A stretch of DNA of 64,000 bases from a virus: the IMG/VR virus record IMGVR_UViG_3300032288_001980, positions 32,001 to 96,000 of that record; one strand, given 5' to 3'. Numbering within the stretch: the stretch's first letter is position 1; every line of letters starts with the position of its first letter. The translations under genes were made by a program, and so were the position numbers. This document shows, piece by piece, positions 18,865 through 28,771 of this stretch. Below the pieces are notes generated by a model that saw only the letters and a program-made list of their open reading frames with translations, did not search any database and was not told the origin of the DNA.

Positions 18865-19491
18865 ATGAGTGAGTATTACAAAAGATTACAACTAAACAAT
18901 TTAGAACAGTTTCAAACAACAATCAGTGACTTATATGTTACTGATCCTATTGTTTCTAATGTTACCGGGCCTATCCCTTTATTTAAATCCGGTCAACCAG
19001 AACCCGAGTACAAGTATAGCTTGTTAGCATGGGCGCCTATTCAAATTTTAACTGGATCTAATAGTATTAGTCCTGCATATTTTAGAGTGTTTGGATTACC
19101 ACAACAAACTTATCCAATAGTAGAACAGGGACATGACATTAAAGTTCACCATCGACAAGCACGAGACTCAAAAGAAGTATTAACGGCCCATTTATTACAA
19201 CTAATAATGTATATTCCCATTTTAAATGGGGCCGATCACACTATAGAATTATATGATCCCGACTCTGAGGAGTTACTAGATAGTTTTGCACTAACTACGC
19301 CTGTATTGGTTGACAGCAACCTTAAAATGAAATCTGTAATTAATAATCCCAATGGTTGTTGGCATGTACAAATACAATTTGTAACTAAACATGCGTATGC
19401 AATGACAGGAAATATGCTACTTCAAACTATTGGTACTCCAATGGCTCCGGGAGCCTTATCTTTCCCTGCATCCCAAATTTTACCTGACTAA
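18865..19491 (+). CDS. Hypothetical protein, possibly double-stranded beta-helix/2OG-oxygenase-like
   Basis: 208 aa, beta-rich C-terminal half; only weak similarity recognised. Confidence 0.5.
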   Translation: MSEYYKRLQLNNLEQFQTTISDLYVTDPIVSNVTGPIPLFKSGQPEPEYKYSLLAWAPIQILTGSNSISPAYFRVFGLPQQTYPIVEQGHDIKVHHRQARDSKEVLTAHLLQLIMYIPILNGADHTIELYDPDSEELLDSFALTTPVLVDSNLKMKSVINNPNGCWHVQIQFVTKHAYAMTGNMLLQTIGTPMAPGALSFPASQILPD

Positions 19492-19494
19492 ACC

Positions 19495-20595
19495 ATGGAA
19501 AGAAAGCACCCGCTAGGACCAGCGACTACACAAAGTCAATTGCCCGAAGGCTACCAAATGAACTGGGCTGTAGCTAACGGCTGTCCCACTACATTCAGCT
19601 GGGAATACAACGACCATCGTAAAGAATTGTTGTCCTTGTACGAAAAGGGCAAGGCCGGCCAATGGGACGCACAAACAAGAATCGACTGGACTATAGAAAC
19701 AGACCCAACTAACCCAATGGGCATTGACGAAACTATTATTCCTTTATACGGTACAGATCTGTGGTCAAAACTTAGTGCTAAAACCAAAGACGATATCGTC
19801 TACGATTATAATGCTTACCTAATAGGTGCGTTCTTACATGGAGAACAGGGTGCGTTAATCAGCGCGGCTAAGATTATTGAAAGTGCTCCTGATCACGATG
19901 CCAAATGGCTAGCTACTACACAGGCCATTGACGAAAGTCGCCACATCGAAGCCTTTGGTAAGTTTGCACATAGAATTAACATGATACGCCCAGTGCAACG
20001 CAGTTTGATGAAAATGTACGAAGTTGCTTTTAAAAGCGACAAGTGGGACTTGGTATTTCTAAACAGTCACGTAGTAGCCGAGGGGTGGGGAATAGGAAGT
20101 ATGCAGTTGATGCGTGATAACGCTACTAATCCATTAGCTAAAAGTATGCTGGCCTACATTATGCAGGACGAAGCAAGACATATTGCGTTTGGACGTTATA
20201 TTCTTAAAGATTATTATAAAGGTCTAACTGCACAAGAACTAATGGACCGCGAGGACTATTTAATTGCTTGTGTAATGTGGCTATATGCCCGCTTGGATTT
20301 TAACGAAATCTTAGATCATCACTTGGATATGAAAGACGTAGGGCGCCAAATCAAAGAAAACGTCAGCTACCACAAAGTTAAAAAACACATGATGAGCAGA
20401 ATCGTTCCTATTATCAAGGATATTGGACTGCTGACCCCTAGACTGCAAAAGACGTTTGTAAAACTGGGTATCATTGAAAACGTTGACTTAAACTTTGATG
20501 ATATGTGGCGCGAAGATGATGCTATTGCTACCAGCATGGAAGAAACCATACGCAATAGACTACAGCAAGTAGGTGTCAATACTAATAATCTCTAA
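19495..20595 (+). CDS. Ferritin-like diiron oxygenase (AurF-like)
   Basis: HGEQGAL, DESRHIE, VVAEGWG, DEARHIAFG: two E...ExxH diiron motifs. Confidence 0.8.
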   Translation: MERKHPLGPATTQSQLPEGYQMNWAVANGCPTTFSWEYNDHRKELLSLYEKGKAGQWDAQTRIDWTIETDPTNPMGIDETIIPLYGTDLWSKLSAKTKDDIVYDYNAYLIGAFLHGEQGALISAAKIIESAPDHDAKWLATTQAIDESRHIEAFGKFAHRINMIRPVQRSLMKMYEVAFKSDKWDLVFLNSHVVAEGWGIGSMQLMRDNATNPLAKSMLAYIMQDEARHIAFGRYILKDYYKGLTAQELMDREDYLIACVMWLYARLDFNEILDHHLDMKDVGRQIKENVSYHKVKKHMMSRIVPIIKDIGLLTPRLQKTFVKLGIIENVDLNFDDMWREDDAIATSMEETIRNRLQQVGVNTNNL

Positions 20596-20646
20596 GCAAA
20601 AATAAATGGTATAAATTCAATAAATACATGAATTGAGCCATTTATT

Positions 20647-21873
20647 ATGCGATTACAAGAACTTCTAGCTGAAAATATCACATTACTCGAGTACAATCGA
20701 GATATCACCGCCCAAAACTATGGCAGGAAAATCGTCCCTATTGCTAGGAGAGATCGTAGTATACCCGCACAATTCAGAGATCCAGATCAAGTATCCGACG
20801 ACCAATTATTAGATTTAGTCATGGACCAAATCGAAAAGTCGGATCCCACACAAAATAAAGAATACGCACAGGCCCTAGCAAAAATATACGGACAAGGACA
20901 AACAAAGTTCGAAGACATGGGCAGTACATTATCAGATTATCTTATTAAATTTGATAAACTTAAACGCAAAAAAGTTATTCCTAGTCCTCGTAATGATTTT
21001 ATGCGCTATACTAATATTGGCGATTTTTTAAGTGTAGTTGACGAATATCCCGATGTAGACGAAAGCCCCGAAGCCAAAGGCAAATCCCACGAAATTTATA
21101 AAGATTCTGTTCTAAGAGTAATTCAACCTATTAACAAAGAAGCCGCTTGCTATTACGGACGTGGTACACGTTGGTGTACTGCGGCTAATACTAATAACAT
21201 GTTTGACACTTATGCCGGCAAGGGCGAATTGTTTATTCTTATACCTCAAAAGCCTGCATATAAAGATGAGAAATATCAACTGCATTTCGAAACTAGGCAG
21301 TTTATGAATGAAAAAGATCATCCTGTACCAATGATAGATCTTGTAAAAAGATTCCCGCAATTAAAACAAATATTCTACGATCAAGCACATAATCTTAATA
21401 TCAAAGCCTTGATACTTGACACAGAAGAATATGAAAAATTACTTAGAAAATTCCCAGAAGAAATAAGAAATCGTTTATTAGCATTTGTAAATGAAGACAC
21501 TGGTACTGTTATTAAAAATATGCTGGTACAATTACTTCACGACGCAAAAATTCTAAAAGAGTTAGTTGATCCAGACGAATTCAAAGAACTAGCATGGGAA
21601 GCCTTTAATGACGAAGGTTATGATTTAGTTAATAAAATTACTAGAACCATTCGTGATATTGATACATGGCAAGAGTTTGAAGCAAGATATGATATAGTCA
21701 GTGATGCAATAGCAGACTGGACGCAGGAAAAAGATTTTTATCAGTTAATCATGGACGAATTAGAAAGCATCGATGAGCTAGACCTACAGATGGACTGTGC
21801 AATAGGCATGAACGGTGAAATACTAAACTGGCTAGATGCGGCCATTGAACATAACGTAAGGGAACTAATATGA
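20647..21873 (+). CDS. MRxxE-tagged protein with a PcfJ-like segment
   Basis: MRLQELLAE start; AACYYGRGTRWCTAA...LFILI...KYQLHFE motif. Confidence 0.6.
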   Translation: MRLQELLAENITLLEYNRDITAQNYGRKIVPIARRDRSIPAQFRDPDQVSDDQLLDLVMDQIEKSDPTQNKEYAQALAKIYGQGQTKFEDMGSTLSDYLIKFDKLKRKKVIPSPRNDFMRYTNIGDFLSVVDEYPDVDESPEAKGKSHEIYKDSVLRVIQPINKEAACYYGRGTRWCTAANTNNMFDTYAGKGELFILIPQKPAYKDEKYQLHFETRQFMNEKDHPVPMIDLVKRFPQLKQIFYDQAHNLNIKALILDTEEYEKLLRKFPEEIRNRLLAFVNEDTGTVIKNMLVQLLHDAKILKELVDPDEFKELAWEAFNDEGYDLVNKITRTIRDIDTWQEFEARYDIVSDAIADWTQEKDFYQLIMDELESIDELDLQMDCAIGMNGEILNWLDAAIEHNVRELI

Positions 21874-23354
21874 GAGCCAGTGAGCTTTTTGAATCAAAAC
21901 AGAAAAAATTAAATGGCCTTACGGTTATGAGCTTGGATCAATTTGTTGATCATGAACAACAGGACGTAGAAGAATCCGCAGGAGACAGTCAATGGCTGGA
22001 TCGAGCAGATGTCTTAATTAAAAAACTAGGTAGACTTGGCCAAGCAGTTGTGACAAATCCTATGCATTGGAGACGTTACGAGTCTGCTGTTGAAAATAAT
22101 GATACTGATTGGCTTTACAACTTTATTGCATATCACTTAAAGTCTAACACAAAAGAAATGCTAAAGCTCGATAACCTTATTGGTGACATAGGCGGCGGCC
22201 TAGGCAGGCTTACTGATTTTGCTTGGTCTGTTAAAGAAGGAAAATGGAAAGAAGATTTCTTAGAACCATGGGAAGAATACAAATCCAGCATGACTAGTGA
22301 AAGTCTGTCAGAAGCTCCATTTGGTCTAGGATCCAAGTATAGGGCAATGGACGACGATGAAATGCAGGATTTTTTAGGCCGCGTTAAAACTAAGACCAAA
22401 ACTAAAAGAGACAAGTTCGACTATCCTTACGTGCATGGCAGTAACGTTGAAATCAAGGACGAAAAAGGACACAAGTACGACTTGGATGCACTTAAGGCCA
22501 TGATCACTGCTAGACCAAAAAGTATATTAGGCCAAAACGCTAAAATGCAACACAGCGAAACCGGCAGTCAAGCAATCTATGACATTGGCTTACCAGCACT
22601 TAAAGGACTGGCAGTCAATGAAGAAACAGGTGAGTTTGTAGTAGTAGATACTTGCCCGGGCGCCGGCGCTTGTAAAACTTACTGTTATGCAATGCAGGGC
22701 GGCTATGTTATGTTTAAAGCTTCTAGTATGAGCAGTACTAGATTGTTAAACTTCTTATTAAACGATCCTGAAGGCTTTGCAAGTATGCTTAACACAGAAA
22801 TAGAAAAATCTAAAGCCAAGCTGGGTAAAAAGAATGTTAAGATGGTAGTTCGTTGGCACGATGCCGGAGACTTTTTTAGTCCTGAATATCTAGATGTTGC
22901 TTATCAAATTGCTAATGATAATCCTGACGTAGAGTTTTATGCTTATACCAAGATAGCTGACGTAGCTACTGCAAGTCGTCCTAAGAATTTCCGTATGAAC
23001 TTTAGCGGAGGCGCACATACCAGTCAGGAAAAGAAAGTAGACTTTCAAAGAGTCAAGCACAGCAAGGTTGTGCCGCAAGAAATGTTTTGGGACTTGATTG
23101 CACGTGATGGTAACAAGCTAATTAAAGATGCCAAAGACCGTATGCAATTTAAGTCCGGTGCAGAGTTAGAAGAATTTAAACAGCGCATGGCTAAAAAGTA
23201 TGCATTAGATACCAGCAGTATCATTACATATGATGAAATGATGCGTACTCCCGAAGGTGATAAAAACAAATGGAATGTTATTGTAATGCCTGGCGACGGT
23301 GACAACGCAGCCAATAGAGATGATGTTTTAGGTAGCTATTTGCTATTCCATTGA
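21870..23354 (+). CDS. MRxxE-tagged protein with a Gp88-like (radical-SAM-related) domain
   Basis: MRASELFE start; TCPGAGACKTYCYA, VRWHDAGDFFS and FYAYTK motifs of the phage Gp88 family. Confidence 0.7.
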   Translation: MRASELFESKQKKLNGLTVMSLDQFVDHEQQDVEESAGDSQWLDRADVLIKKLGRLGQAVVTNPMHWRRYESAVENNDTDWLYNFIAYHLKSNTKEMLKLDNLIGDIGGGLGRLTDFAWSVKEGKWKEDFLEPWEEYKSSMTSESLSEAPFGLGSKYRAMDDDEMQDFLGRVKTKTKTKRDKFDYPYVHGSNVEIKDEKGHKYDLDALKAMITARPKSILGQNAKMQHSETGSQAIYDIGLPALKGLAVNEETGEFVVVDTCPGAGACKTYCYAMQGGYVMFKASSMSSTRLLNFLLNDPEGFASMLNTEIEKSKAKLGKKNVKMVVRWHDAGDFFSPEYLDVAYQIANDNPDVEFYAYTKIADVATASRPKNFRMNFSGGAHTSQEKKVDFQRVKHSKVVPQEMFWDLIARDGNKLIKDAKDRMQFKSGAELEEFKQRMAKKYALDTSSIITYDEMMRTPEGDKNKWNVIVMPGDGDNAANRDDVLGSYLLFH

Positions 23355-23355
23355 T

Positions 23356-24195
23356 ATGAGACTACAAGAATTATTAAATGAAGCACCTCTAGTAGATTAT
23401 GAACCTTTTGGTGACTTTAATAAGCCGGGCCCGTTTAGGGGACCTGACAAAAAACTAGTGCCTCATCCTGTTAACAAAGTTAAGGCCATAAAGTTTTTTG
23501 AAAAGACACCTTTTGATTTTAGATTGTTTTTTAGTAATGTATCGGGTACCGGGCGCTACAGTGAATACGGACCGATGACTCCAAGTAATGTGGAAATCAT
23601 ATTTGGTGATGAAGGTAAAGAAATTGTCAAAGGTCACGAAGATGCAATTACAGTAGTATTTGTGGGCAACAAAGGTGATGCTAAACGTATGCTGACTCCA
23701 TGGGTTATGGCACATAGATTCGGCCATGCTATTGTAGCTGGTGGTAGGGGTAGCAGTGGAGATCCTGCTTGGCAAGAAGCAGAAAGTCACTTCTTTAGAA
23801 CTATCAATCAAATTCTTCAGGATTTTTATGGCAACAGAGGTAACCCAGGTGGACAATTAAAGTTTGAACTCAGTAAAGAATACAATGCTTTATTCAATGC
23901 TATTGGCACACAACGCAGTAGTAGGGAAGGTGATATTAAAAGACCCTACGAGTTTTTATATGAACTATTTGCACAGTACTTGGGCACTGGCAACGTAACA
24001 CTAAATCCGTTGCCAGTTAGTATCGGCTATGGACGGCAAGCATGGGGCAACCCTAGTCGTCAGTTAACTATACGTTCAGAAGAACTAAGAGACGAACAAG
24101 AAAGACGTCAAACAACAGAAGTTTTAGCTAGGGATATGGAACTGTTGTTTAATGACGTTTTGGGTAATTCTGTGGGAAAAATATATGTTATGTGA
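23356..24195 (+). CDS. MRxxE-tagged protein with a zincin-like HxxxH variant
   Basis: MRLQELLNE start; PWVMAHRFGHAI (R in place of the catalytic E); YELFAQY. Confidence 0.55.
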   Translation: MRLQELLNEAPLVDYEPFGDFNKPGPFRGPDKKLVPHPVNKVKAIKFFEKTPFDFRLFFSNVSGTGRYSEYGPMTPSNVEIIFGDEGKEIVKGHEDAITVVFVGNKGDAKRMLTPWVMAHRFGHAIVAGGRGSSGDPAWQEAESHFFRTINQILQDFYGNRGNPGGQLKFELSKEYNALFNAIGTQRSSREGDIKRPYEFLYELFAQYLGTGNVTLNPLPVSIGYGRQAWGNPSRQLTIRSEELRDEQERRQTTEVLARDMELLFNDVLGNSVGKIYVM

Positions 24196-24210
24196 ACGAA
24201 ATAATGAATA

Positions 24211-24245
24211 TCCTGTGTATCCTCCACAGGAAGGCGAGTGGGATA
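24211..24245 (+). other. Intergenic hairpin with a possible pseudoknot
   Basis: TCCTGTG-TATCCTC-CACAGGA stem-loop; the loop TATCC can pair with GGATA at 24241-24245. Confidence 0.4.
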
Positions 24246-24269
24246 GACCCTTAAACCCATATAGTCCAG

Positions 24270-24277
24270 TATAAATA
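24270..24277 (+). promoter_or_regulatory. T4-type late promoter
   Basis: Exact TATAAATA, 5 nt before ATG 24283. Confidence 0.8.
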
Positions 24278-24282
24278 TAATT

Positions 24283-24630
24283 ATGAGATTAACTGAGCTT
24301 AAATCTGGTATTAATACACTTGGACGTACTGGCGCGGGCGATGTCGAAATCGCACGACTAGCCCGTAGAGCTCGTAGTATGTACCCCAATTTAGGTCATG
24401 ACGATTTAGAAGCTGTACTAAAATACTTGGAGCTTGGCTTAGAAAAAGACCAAAGCGACATAGACGATGTAGAGCGCAATGATGCAGAGCAAGAGCATGA
24501 GCTGAATAAAATGGACAAAGAAATTGATCAACTTGACAAAGAAGTTGACGATTTAGAATCCAGAGAAGAAACGGATAGGGAACTGATCGCCAATCTCCGT
24601 GACACCATAAGAATATTACAATCAAGATGA
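24283..24630 (+). CDS. MRxxE-tagged coiled-coil protein
   Basis: MRLTEL start; acidic heptad C-terminal half. Confidence 0.75.
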   Translation: MRLTELKSGINTLGRTGAGDVEIARLARRARSMYPNLGHDDLEAVLKYLELGLEKDQSDIDDVERNDAEQEHELNKMDKEIDQLDKEVDDLESREETDRELIANLRDTIRILQSR

Positions 24631-25736
24631 GATTACAAGAATTAGTTGAAAACACATCCGGTGCTTTTGCTGCCGTTAGCGCACCAATCGGCTCTATGCA
24701 ACGTAGAGTGAAAAAAGTAAAAGAAGATAGCGACAGCAGAGAAGCAGTATCTAATGCTATTTCACGTCGCATCCTAACTCGCCACCCAGAATTACTACAA
24801 AAATATGGCCCTGTACAGGTTATGGACGCTATTGACTCTGTGGCTGATTTTGTGGGAGATGTAGATGAAATTGGAACTAGCGATGTATCTGGATGGGTCA
24901 TGCAGGTAGCTGATATGCTTGAAGAACACGGTGATTCAAGTCGATTAGGAGAAACTAACAAATATCGCCTTAAACCTCCCCCAGGTTACGGAGATTACTC
25001 CAAAGGCGCCCACAATTCAGATGGCACTGCTTCTAAACAACGTGAAATAGACAGAGAGTTTGACAAACAAGAATACGAGTATAGCCGTAGAAGAGAAGAG
25101 GAAGAAGAACGTAAGAGTCGTACAGTGGGCGAATCAACAGAAGAAGATATTATAAATTCAGGTATGCCTTTAAAACACATCGAACGAGAACTGCAACACT
25201 CTGGTCTTGAACTCGACATTCGTCGTTTTCTAAGATGGGCCATTGACAATGGTAGTTCTCACATAGAAGATGCTATAGAACTTGCCGACAAAGCTATAGC
25301 AAAGTATCCACAAGAAACCAAAGAAATAGTTTATCCTTTGCATCGTCTAAAAAAACTACTAAACAATGGTGTCGACGAAGCCGCGCCGTTCCCAGTTAAG
25401 ATGGCAGCTGGTTTAGGCATGGGCGCACTAAGTGGTACTGGTGGTGTTATTATAGGCAGTATGTTGGGTGGTATTTTTGCTCCTATCATAGGAGGTTACA
25501 CCGGTTATCAAGGCGCTAAATTAGGCATGAAAGCCGCAGATGACATTTGGGATTGGGCCAGTAGAAAGCTAGGCGGTAAAGAAGAAGATGCGGCTTTTGC
25601 ACATATCAGAGCTGCCGCCGCTGGTAAAGATACCTTTGAATTCAACGGCAAAGAATACGAAGTTACATTACCTAAAACCGATGTTAATAAAGCTATTCAG
25701 GCTGTTAAGCAAGTTGCTGAAGCTAGATTAGCTTAA
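24627..25736 (+). CDS. MRxxE-tagged modular polyprotein
   Basis: MRLQELVE start; modules separated at xxE sites; glycine-zipper segment (GLGMGALSGTGGVIIGSMLGG). Confidence 0.75.
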   Translation: MRLQELVENTSGAFAAVSAPIGSMQRRVKKVKEDSDSREAVSNAISRRILTRHPELLQKYGPVQVMDAIDSVADFVGDVDEIGTSDVSGWVMQVADMLEEHGDSSRLGETNKYRLKPPPGYGDYSKGAHNSDGTASKQREIDREFDKQEYEYSRRREEEEERKSRTVGESTEEDIINSGMPLKHIERELQHSGLELDIRRFLRWAIDNGSSHIEDAIELADKAIAKYPQETKEIVYPLHRLKKLLNNGVDEAAPFPVKMAAGLGMGALSGTGGVIIGSMLGGIFAPIIGGYTGYQGAKLGMKAADDIWDWASRKLGGKEEDAAFAHIRAAAAGKDTFEFNGKEYEVTLPKTDVNKAIQAVKQVAEARLA

Positions 25737-25782
25737 TCATTTAATTTCATTTTCGGATAAATAATACTGAAAATCCCATTTA

Positions 25783-26904
25783 TTGGGTAAGAATTCTGCG
25801 AGCCAATTTATGAGTAAAAAATCAATCCAAGAACAGTTAGTCGAAAGCGTTTTAGACGACAGCGACGATGCTGGCTTCATGGCAAAAAGCAATTTATATA
25901 ATGCTATCAAAAATGCAATTCAATTGCATAGAATCATTAAAGATACAGATAACTTAGAACCATGGGTTTTAGAAAAAATTGCTATTGCCGCAGACTATAT
26001 CGATACTGTTAAGGATTATGTAGAATACAAAAGCATTCACGATAACGAATTCCAGTTGGACGGTACTTATGCTCAGGGGCACGGGCACCATGAATATGAA
26101 GAAAGTGCGATAAGCGAAGCCTACGATAAGAGTTTCTTTGTTGTTGCTGATATAGGCCAGGGCAAACAGACTTTTAGAGCGCAAGGTCAAAACGAAGAAG
26201 ATGCTCGCAAAAAGTTTTTAAGTCAACACCCTGGTGCTAAAGTTCTTCATGTAGTATTGAATACCTTTGAAAATGTTAACGAGGCCGGCGAACAGCAAGA
26301 TCCCAATGCGGCTGCTGACCCAACACAAAACCAAGCCGCACCTGCACAAGAGCCTGCTCCAGCACCGCAAGCAGGCGCACTAGCAACAGAACCTGCCGAT
26401 CCGCAAACTCAAGCAGACATCGGTAAGATCCTAGATGGCATCAAAGCTATTCAAAAATATGCTAAGAGCAGAGATGACTTAGATCCCGAATTTGACAAAG
26501 ACAAGTTAGTTAAACTAGTAAGCAAAAAGATTCAAGGCACACAGCCTGAAGATGCAGAAAAAATTGCTAACTTTATTTTAGATACAGTTTCCGAAAGTGC
26601 TGTAATGGAAAAGGCCAAAAGCAAAGCACAACAGCGTTTCATGGGCATGGTACATGCCGCACAAAAAGGCGAAAAGCCTGCTAGTAAAGAAGTTGCTAAA
26701 GTAGCCAAAGACATGCCTAAAAAAGCAGCCAAAGACTTTGCCAAAACCAAACATAAAGGCCTTCCTGAAAAAGTTAAAGAAACAGCAAACTTAATGGATG
26801 AGTGGAATCAATATAAATTAGCTACTACTCGTTCCACAAGTAATGAATCTGTAGAAGCAGAAGCAATGGCACGTATGGCCAGAATGTTTGCAGGTAAAAA
26901 ATAA
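25783..26904 (+). CDS. Modular internal-head-like protein with a DUF3008-like module
   Basis: EKAKSKAQQRFMGMVHAAQKGE...KDFAKTKHKGLPEKV basic module; P/A/Q-rich linker; TAAATA upstream; start uncertain (TTG 25783 or ATG 25810). Confidence 0.7.
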   Translation: MGKNSASQFMSKKSIQEQLVESVLDDSDDAGFMAKSNLYNAIKNAIQLHRIIKDTDNLEPWVLEKIAIAADYIDTVKDYVEYKSIHDNEFQLDGTYAQGHGHHEYEESAISEAYDKSFFVVADIGQGKQTFRAQGQNEEDARKKFLSQHPGAKVLHVVLNTFENVNEAGEQQDPNAAADPTQNQAAPAQEPAPAPQAGALATEPADPQTQADIGKILDGIKAIQKYAKSRDDLDPEFDKDKLVKLVSKKIQGTQPEDAEKIANFILDTVSESAVMEKAKSKAQQRFMGMVHAAQKGEKPASKEVAKVAKDMPKKAAKDFAKTKHKGLPEKVKETANLMDEWNQYKLATTRSTSNESVEAEAMARMARMFAGKK

Positions 26905-28151
26905 TGCCAACACCTACTCCGATGACTCCTGCTAAACCTATTGCTCCTGGTGCAACTAAACCACAAGGAACAACAGCGCCAGGAGCGCCTAATCAGCAAA
27001 ATGCTAACACACCTGGTCAAAATTCAGACGAGGTTGTTCGTAATCCGGGTGAAAAGATTTACAGTTTAAAAACACAAAAAGATCCAAACGGATCAATGAC
27101 TGTTTTTGCTAAAAACGAAATGGAAGCAAAAGCAAAATATCAGCAAATGGGCGCACCAATGGGCACAGTTGCACAAGCTATCGAAGTTAAAGAGGATAAA
27201 GCTATGACATATCAAGAACGTGTAGCACAATTTCATGAATCATCATTTCCTACATTAGAAGATGCAATCGTAGGAACACTACATGATCACTTATTAGAAA
27301 ATGGTGTTGATTTTTATGTTGACGGTGCTATTAAAACACGCAGTCAACAGACTGCATTAGACATTGTAGAAACTCTACAACAGTTCAGCACTGATTTTAT
27401 TCCTTTCGTTGTTGAAAGTGATGGCGAGTATATTATCAAAGTAGGTACTTTAGAAGAGGATACGTTATTAGAGGACGAGGTTAACTTACCTGACCCTACA
27501 CGTATTTCTGTAAAACAAAATGCCGCTGGTGCTTTTAAAGTATATGTAGGTGAAGATGTTGCAGACACATTTGATAGCATAAAAAGTGCTTCAAAGTATA
27601 TCCAAACACTTGTGTCTGAGACACGAGCACAATTTGATGAACTGGATGAAATGTTCCAGTACACTATCGGAGTAAGTATGGTTAATGAAGGCAAAAAGAA
27701 AATGGCTAAAGAAGGCAATGCCTTCGACTGGAAAAACAAAGAAGACGACGATAAGCCAAAAGTCGGCGATAAAAAGCGTACTAGCAAGGGCGAAGTAGAA
27801 TATACTAAAACTGGATTAATCCACAGAGCACGTCAGAACTATGGCGGTGCTGATTCCGAAGAGGATACAGCAGACGGAAAAGATCCAGCAACAGGCGAAA
27901 AGCGTGGCCGTGGTCGTCCACGTACTCGTCCACTACCTGATCCTGACGCTCCTAAGCGTGGTCGTGGTCGCCCAAAGAAAGTTAAAGAAGCACAAGCCAG
28001 CTTGTCTAATCTTAAAAAGCAAGTTAAAGAAACACTACGTAAGATCGAAAGCCTAAGTGAAAGCCAGCGCAGTAATCCTAAGGTAGCCGAAGTAGTACAA
28101 AGACTACACGAATCAGTCACTAAGGCAGTTGCCGCGGCACGTATGCTATGA
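26904..28151 (+). CDS. Modular protein with two AT-hook motifs
   Basis: KRGRGRPR and KRGRGRPKK near 27900-27980; P/T/Q-rich N-terminus. Confidence 0.75.
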   Translation: MPTPTPMTPAKPIAPGATKPQGTTAPGAPNQQNANTPGQNSDEVVRNPGEKIYSLKTQKDPNGSMTVFAKNEMEAKAKYQQMGAPMGTVAQAIEVKEDKAMTYQERVAQFHESSFPTLEDAIVGTLHDHLLENGVDFYVDGAIKTRSQQTALDIVETLQQFSTDFIPFVVESDGEYIIKVGTLEEDTLLEDEVNLPDPTRISVKQNAAGAFKVYVGEDVADTFDSIKSASKYIQTLVSETRAQFDELDEMFQYTIGVSMVNEGKKKMAKEGNAFDWKNKEDDDKPKVGDKKRTSKGEVEYTKTGLIHRARQNYGGADSEEDTADGKDPATGEKRGRGRPRTRPLPDPDAPKRGRGRPKKVKEAQASLSNLKKQVKETLRKIESLSESQRSNPKVAEVVQRLHESVTKAVAAARML

Positions 28152-28318
28152 GATTACACGAGCTAGTAGAATCAAAAAGCAAACTTGGTACCGATTACAC
28201 TACAGACAAAGTGTTTTCAGACCAAGTCAAAGCCACCGACAAAGCCACGAAAATGCCTGTTGCCCAATGGGGTACTAAGCATCCGTTTAACGGCAAGCTA
28301 GTAGGCGGCGGAGTATAA
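28148..28318 (+). CDS. MRxxE-tagged 56-aa peptide (missing from the ORF track)
   Basis: MRLHELVESKSKLGTDY...KHPFNGKLVGGGV read manually; ATGA overlap upstream, 1-nt gap to dps. Confidence 0.8.
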   Translation: MRLHELVESKSKLGTDYTTDKVFSDQVKATDKATKMPVAQWGTKHPFNGKLVGGGV

Positions 28319-28319
28319 C

Positions 28320-28760
28320 ATGGAACAACTAGTACAAGAAATGAAAGTGCTACATGCTAGCACATTTTCTTTATATTTAAAGGCACACAACTATCACTGG
28401 AACGTAGAAGGTATTCACTTTCCGCAGTTTCATGCATTTTTTGAAGACTTATACAACGAATTATGGACAGCAGTAGATCCTATTGCAGAAAATATTCGTA
28501 AGCTAGGCTCGTTTACGCCTGGCAGTTTATCTAGATTTAATGAATTAACTATTGTTGAAGATGAATTAAAAATTCCTACTGCTATGGATATGGTAGCCAA
28601 GTTACACGACGACAACGAAAGAGTAATTGGACTATTATACAGAGTGTACGAACTAGCAGAAGGTGCCAAGGAGCTTGGATTAAGCAATTTTATCCAAGAC
28701 AGAATTGACGTACACAAAAAACATGCGTGGATGTTAAGAAGTATTCTACGTAGAAACTAA
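28320..28760 (+). CDS. dps: Dps family DNA-protecting ferritin-like protein
   Basis: LYLKAHNYHWNVEGIHFPQFHAFFEDLY...DPIAENIRKLG...HKKHAWML. Confidence 0.92.
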   Translation: MEQLVQEMKVLHASTFSLYLKAHNYHWNVEGIHFPQFHAFFEDLYNELWTAVDPIAENIRKLGSFTPGSLSRFNELTIVEDELKIPTAMDMVAKLHDDNERVIGLLYRVYELAEGAKELGLSNFIQDRIDVHKKHAWMLRSILRRN

Positions 28761-28771
28761 TCAGTTTCCCC

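Noticed and set aside
24211-24260. HDV-like/theta ribozyme (GGCGAGTGGGATA resembles the HDV 3' end) or c-di-GMP-I riboswitch
   Set aside because: No P1/P1.1/P4 can be built in the available spacing, and the GNRA tetraloop/receptor of c-di-GMP-I is absent; kept only as a generic structure
24311-24961. 216-aa minus-strand ORF and the many other antisense or alternate-frame ORFs in the track (e.g. 1942-2262, 27344-27787, 43124-43576)
   Set aside because: They overlap well-supported + strand genes, are S/L/F-rich shadow frames and lack promoters or SD
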